A DNA stretch of 59,587 bases, filler included, from Sluysia triapertura (Eukaryota), in the NCBI GenBank assembly GCA_046118255.1. It is 4 parts of 4 records of this genome, joined end to end, with 100 filler letters (N's around TTAATTAATTAA, not from the genome) between each part and the next. Parts side by side here need not be neighbours in the genome. Positions count along the whole stretch, not along the records: positions 44,328 to 59,587 come from JBJNIA010233342.1; 3 more parts are not named here. One strand, 5' to 3'. Below are positions 54,731-59,587 of this stretch, one piece after another (position 1 is the stretch's first letter; each line of letters begins with the position of its first letter). Under the pieces are notes generated by a model. The model worked only from the letters and a program-made list of their open reading frames with translations. It had not been told where the DNA came from and made no database searches. A program made the position numbers and the translations under genes.

Positions 54731-54959
54731 GATTTCTTTTACTTGTTTGCGATGAAAAACTTGATGTTACTAGGCACAATAACAAAACGTATAAACAATT
54801 CTTCACATTTGTACTAATAACATCATAGAAACAATACCATTACAATGTTGAAAAATACTGAAACAGTAAACAAAATAATATCATATATGTTATAATCATA
54901 TTTTTATTATGATTTATTGTAGTAGTCAATCTGAAATCACCGATTTTGACAAGAAAAGC

Positions 54960-55600
54960 TTTTTCATCCTACTGCACAGGTATCGAAGAACATCAACTCT
55001 CTTAATCCAAAGCTGAGTAATCAATTCATTCTCAAGTATACACATCCCATTCTGAAATTTTTTTGATTATTTCGTTCATTAATTCTTGTATAATCACCAA
55101 ACCTTTCTCTTTTACATGTTTCCTTTTATTATCTTCATCGTCTACAATCAAAACCCACTCTTTTAATACAATTCACAGCAGTTAGATGTTCCACTAAGAC
55201 TTCTTTGGTAAAAAAACTGATGCTTTTTATTACTCTTAAATTGTTTTCGCTTCATTTCGCATCAAGCAATTTCAAAAGTTTCACGATCAAATCCACGGAT
55301 TTACAATTTTATATCCTCCTTCACTACTTTACTGTAATATTTTACATATCATTTAAATTTACTTTCAGCAATTTCACGAAATTTTACTTCTTATCAATTT
55401 TTCTTCTCGTGCCAATTTACGTTCTTCTATTACCTTCAAAGAATGTTTTCCAAAAGATAATTCTTTTGACGTCAAAATCTCATTGGAGAATTTTTCATCA
55501 TTGTTATAAAATAAGTGGATTTGAATCCTTCATTATATTAACAGAGCACGTTGACATTGGTTTATCAATGTTTCATTTTCAATTTGACTGATGGACAAGG
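54960..55600 (-). pseudogene. Decayed charged/coiled-coil coding sequence of unknown family
   Basis: Fragments such as KVIEERKLAREEKLIRS and IRGFDRETFEIA*CEMKRKQF in shifting frames; the + strand ORF 55205-55591 is its shadow. Confidence 0.35.
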
Positions 55601-55915
55601 GACATAATGTTTGGTTAAATTTTCTAGGTTTTATTAATACTGATTATAAATTAGATTCACAAACATTTTATTATTTATAATTATATCTTCAGATAAACTA
55701 TTTCTTGATTTCAAATCAGGAATATAAATAAGAAGTCAATGAATCATAAAGACATCAAATTTATAGCATTCTTATCACAAAATAATTTATCGATTTTTTA
55801 ATGATTAACAATTATTAAAACATTTTTTGAAATAGTTTTTAAATATCTTTAAAAAAGTAAAGTTCTTTCTGTTTAGTAAGCGATTTGAGTACTTATTTTA
55901 TGTTATTTAGAAAGA

Positions 55916-56261
55916 TGTAGTGTTGAAGTACTTTTAAAATAGGCAAAGTTTTTTCTGTTTCAGACGCATTATAATGAAATAGTTATAAGTGGTACTGATG
56001 GAAACGATATCAATAATAATAGTGATTAAAATATTCTATATATAGTGATTATATATTGATAATATAAACATGGAAACAATCCCAATCTTGCAACAACTAT
56101 AATAATAATAATATAATAATTATGACATTATTAGGACTATGTTTATGATTTGTATGTGTTGAGTAGTGGTTTGATGTGTTGTAGTTTATTTAATAACTTG
56201 TTTATGTAAAATGTGTTTATTTGTGTTAGTGTTTGTTTGTGATTGTTATGAGTTCACTAAA
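55916..56261 (-). mobile_element. Solo-LTR-like repeat family R1
   Basis: tgtagtg...cactaaa near-inverted termini, 346 bp, co-linear with 28271-28616. Confidence 0.7.
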
Positions 56262-57670
56262 ATTATTATTATATTATATCAATTATTGTTATCAGGATCC
56301 TTGAAAAATATTCTTAATGTTAAAAAATTTTATAAATAAGAGTAATGAAGATTGATAAACAAAAGTAATAAAAATTGTGCTGTTTTACCTTAAAACTGTC
56401 GGTCATTTTCATGTGCACAAAACTTTCGTTTTAATGTAATTTCAATAATTCAGTGAACTTAAATCTGACAATAACATAGTCTTTTGGAGTCAAATTTCAT
56501 TAATTAAAAAAATTAATTAATTATCAAACATTCTTTCATTGTGATTTTATAAATAAATTCTCATTTTAAAACAAAAAGTATTACCAATAATATTTCTACA
56601 TTATTTTTTTAACTTATTCTTAGATTTCAGATTTTGTACTATCTGTGATAATAAAACTCCGATTTTATATTCGATTTAGTCTTATACTTGAGTCATTGTG
56701 TTACTTCCTTTTAAACGTATAAAATTAAATGGTTCTTGCGCCAGCAAATTCAAACTGCATTTGTATCGAAAGATTTATAAATCAAATACGGTTTTAATAC
56801 GAAGTCCAACTTTTGATAATCTTAGAAAGAATTATTCACAAATTAAGTTAATTAAATATCTATTTTTTAGAATTTTAAAATAAATTTAAGTTTAAAGATT
56901 ATGAAAGCTTCTTATTTAAAGTAAAAATCTCAGAAAAATTATGCTAGTAGTTTTCATCAACATAATTTTATTATTCAATTTCAGTAGATTACTATTCATA
57001 ATAATAATAAATAGCCGTAATATTTTATTTAATAACTGTATTTAAATTTTAAATAAATATGTTTATAAATGTATACTTAAATATGTCTTAAGAATGCTGA
57101 AAATTATAGTATTCCTTTTAAAACCGCGTTGTAAAAATTAATACTAAAATTATTATATTATTTGTTTATTGTTATTCACAATTATTTCGAATAGTTACTA
57201 TAGCGTTATGGCGTTTGTATGATGATTATTATCTCTTTTTGAACGTAAAATTTTGTAACATTGTAAAAACATTGTAAGAGACTGTCTCTAAAATGTAACA
57301 ATTTATGCAGAATGCGAAGTCCCATCAACTATCAAAAAATGTAAATTCATTGGAAGCATATGAAATGTTTTTAATATGTAATTTTAATAGATATCCGTAC
57401 TATTGTTAATATAATTGAATTCGTAAAAGAAAAGCTTTTTATTTTTCATTTTCGTAAGTGTAAAGAGATTTTTTTCGGCCTATTCAGAAGCAAAAGCTAT
57501 TTAGCATGTGTTTGACAATATTAAGATATTTTAAGTGAGGAATTTTATTTGTTTAAATATTCAAATAAGATAAATATAACTCAAAATTATTTTAGTATGT
57601 GCTTGTATACATTTTATTAAAACAAGTTTGGATATTTTGCTTTAAATTTAAATTTTTATTTTTATGCATT

Positions 57671-58748
57671 ATGCAGTTCTGCATTATTAATAAAAAATTA
57701 TCTAATTCAGTCAAAAATGCTACTTATGATGAATTTAGTGTTTTGTGCAGTGAAATTAATATGGATATTAACATTTTAGCATCAAGAATATTGAACAAAT
57801 TAAATCAAAATATTATACATTTAGCTTGCATTAATGATAATGTAAATGTTTTGCGTTATATTTGGGATAAAAGTTGCAAAAATGAATTATTATTTCTTAA
57901 CAAAGATTCTTGTTATAAAGATGTCCTTCATCATTCGTGTCAGCACGGAAGTATAAACTGTTTAAATTGGTTGGTGTCAAATATTACTAGAATAAATGTT
58001 AATTCATTAAAAAAAGCTGATTGGACGCCTCTTATGTTACTAGTGGTGTCCAAAGGAATTACATATAGCATCATAAATGAAATGGTTGATATTTTATTAC
58101 GCAAAAAAGCAATTCTTTCGATTGTAAATAAGGATGGTTGGACTGCATTTCATTTGGCATGTAGGTTAGTTTTGATTTTAGTTATTTCTTGTACTAGGGA
58201 TGCTCATATATCGACTATTAAAATGATTTATAATGCAAATCCTCAAATGATACTTTGTAAAACAAATAATGGAAGGTCTGTGTTACATATTTCAAGTGTG
58301 CGCGGAGATGCTGAAATTGTTCAGTTTTTATTAATAAATGGTGCTAATCAAAATGCTAAAGATAATTGTCAGAGGACTCCACTAGCCGATGCTGTTATTA
58401 CTGGTAATTTTAATGTTGTTGAAATTTTGCTTTCGAACATCAAATCGAGTCGTTTAATTCAAGGTTATAATTTACATGTTTATTGTATTTTTAGATGTTT
58501 TATCTGATTATAAAGACACAAGAAATAACAATTTGTTTCATTTGATTTCTTATTCTAGCAAAATAGATATGAAAATTTCTCTTGATATTGCAAGATTATT
58601 GGCGGAATTCGTAATAAGGAAAAACGAAGATTTAGAAAAATTATTGACTTGTAAAAATGATGCTTCATTACTACCAATCGATGCTGCACAAATGTGTGAT
58701 AATGTAAAACTTGTAGAATTGATTGCCAGTTATTTAAATAATAAATGA
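57671..58748 (+). CDS. ANKRD16: Ankyrin repeat domain-containing protein 16 (exons 57671-58164, 58198-58463, 58495-58748)
   Basis: SLKKADWTPLM, NKDGWTAFHLACR and KDNCxxTPLxDA are ANKRD16-type motifs; 33-nt and 31-nt GT-AG introns join the two listed ORFs. Confidence 0.88.
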
Positions 58749-59587
58749 TATAGATTATTTCGAAGATTTTTTTATGTAAGTACGTTAAAATGATTTAGAT
58801 ATCGAATTTAGAGTTAACGTTACTTATTTGTCCTACATTAGTCGTGAGTGTCTTATACTGGACAAAATAAAATAATCCTTATGAAGCTGCCTCTTGTAAT
58901 TTAAATTTCAGATGAATTACGACGTTTTCGAATATATGAAGTAACTGTCACAAATAAGATAATGAGTTAATAATATTATATTGTAATTAGCAGCTAGTGA
59001 TATAACCCAAGATTATACGACAGTGTAAGAAAATAAATGATAATACTGTAACTAGTGGTGCTTCTACCGAAATTTTATAATTTTATTTTAAATATTACAA
59101 ATAAAACTACCATTTAAATCCTATGCATTTTATAATTAACAAGGTTTGTTTATAATAGGCTGAAGACATTTCATGGTGTTTTAGATTGAGAAAAGTTAAT
59201 ATTAAACAAATTTTATAAAGAATAATTAAAAATTCGATTGATGGTAATTAGAAAAAACTTAATTTTTACCTAACAACATGGTAAGATTTAATCGATGGTT
59301 TTAAAATTTAGTTAACTCCGAAAGATTTTAATTTGTTAATTTTAAAAATTTTCGAAGCAGGATTATCTCAAAAAAGGAGATGATAATAAACTAAAGAAAA
59401 TTATAGTTCGTAATTCCAGTGAGATAATTTGTTTAATGATTATACTGAGTTACCGCAACTTCGACAAATAATCACTCCTTATCTAATTTTAATTTTAGTA
59501 AGATCAATTTTAAGTAAGATTTAAATTACATGAAAAATTAGCTTTACACTATTGTCTTACAACAATCTTTAAATACTGTTTAAAATT

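Noticed and set aside
13245-56261. R1 repeats as a common leader capturing different gene cargo (each sits 5' of a decayed minus-strand ORF)
   Set aside because: The 53894-54247 copy is an insertion with TSD inside an ORF; nested insertion into TE-rich DNA explains the pattern more simply.
1-59587. CRISPR array or prokaryotic operon-type system
   Set aside because: No regularly spaced repeat-spacer array; the genes are spliced eukaryotic genes.

Overview
Very AT-rich eukaryotic (metazoan-type) nuclear DNA from a draft scaffold with four N-gaps. Recognisable host genes: the last three exons of a CDK20/CCRK-like kinase (+), the 5' part of CFAP61 (-) head-to-head with a C8orf33/UPF0488-like gene (+), the terminal exon of a CSK-like tyrosine kinase (-) and a complete ANKRD16-like gene (+). 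Introns are strongly bimodal: 28-36 nt micro-introns versus multi-kb repeat-filled introns. Together with the AT content and cilia genes, this suggests a reduced ciliated animal such as an orthonectid (inference only). The rest is decayed mobile DNA and pseudogene fragments: piggyBac-, hAT- and pogo-type MITEs, ~350 bp solo-LTR-like repeats, Polinton-polymerase and gag-like relics, and LRRC74-like and MCM-like remnants. The most unusual item is a three-copy ~150-165 bp element with TGTT...AACA ends and 4-bp target duplications that carries an internal tRNA-Cys-like Pol III unit. All family assignments come from remembered motifs, not database searches.
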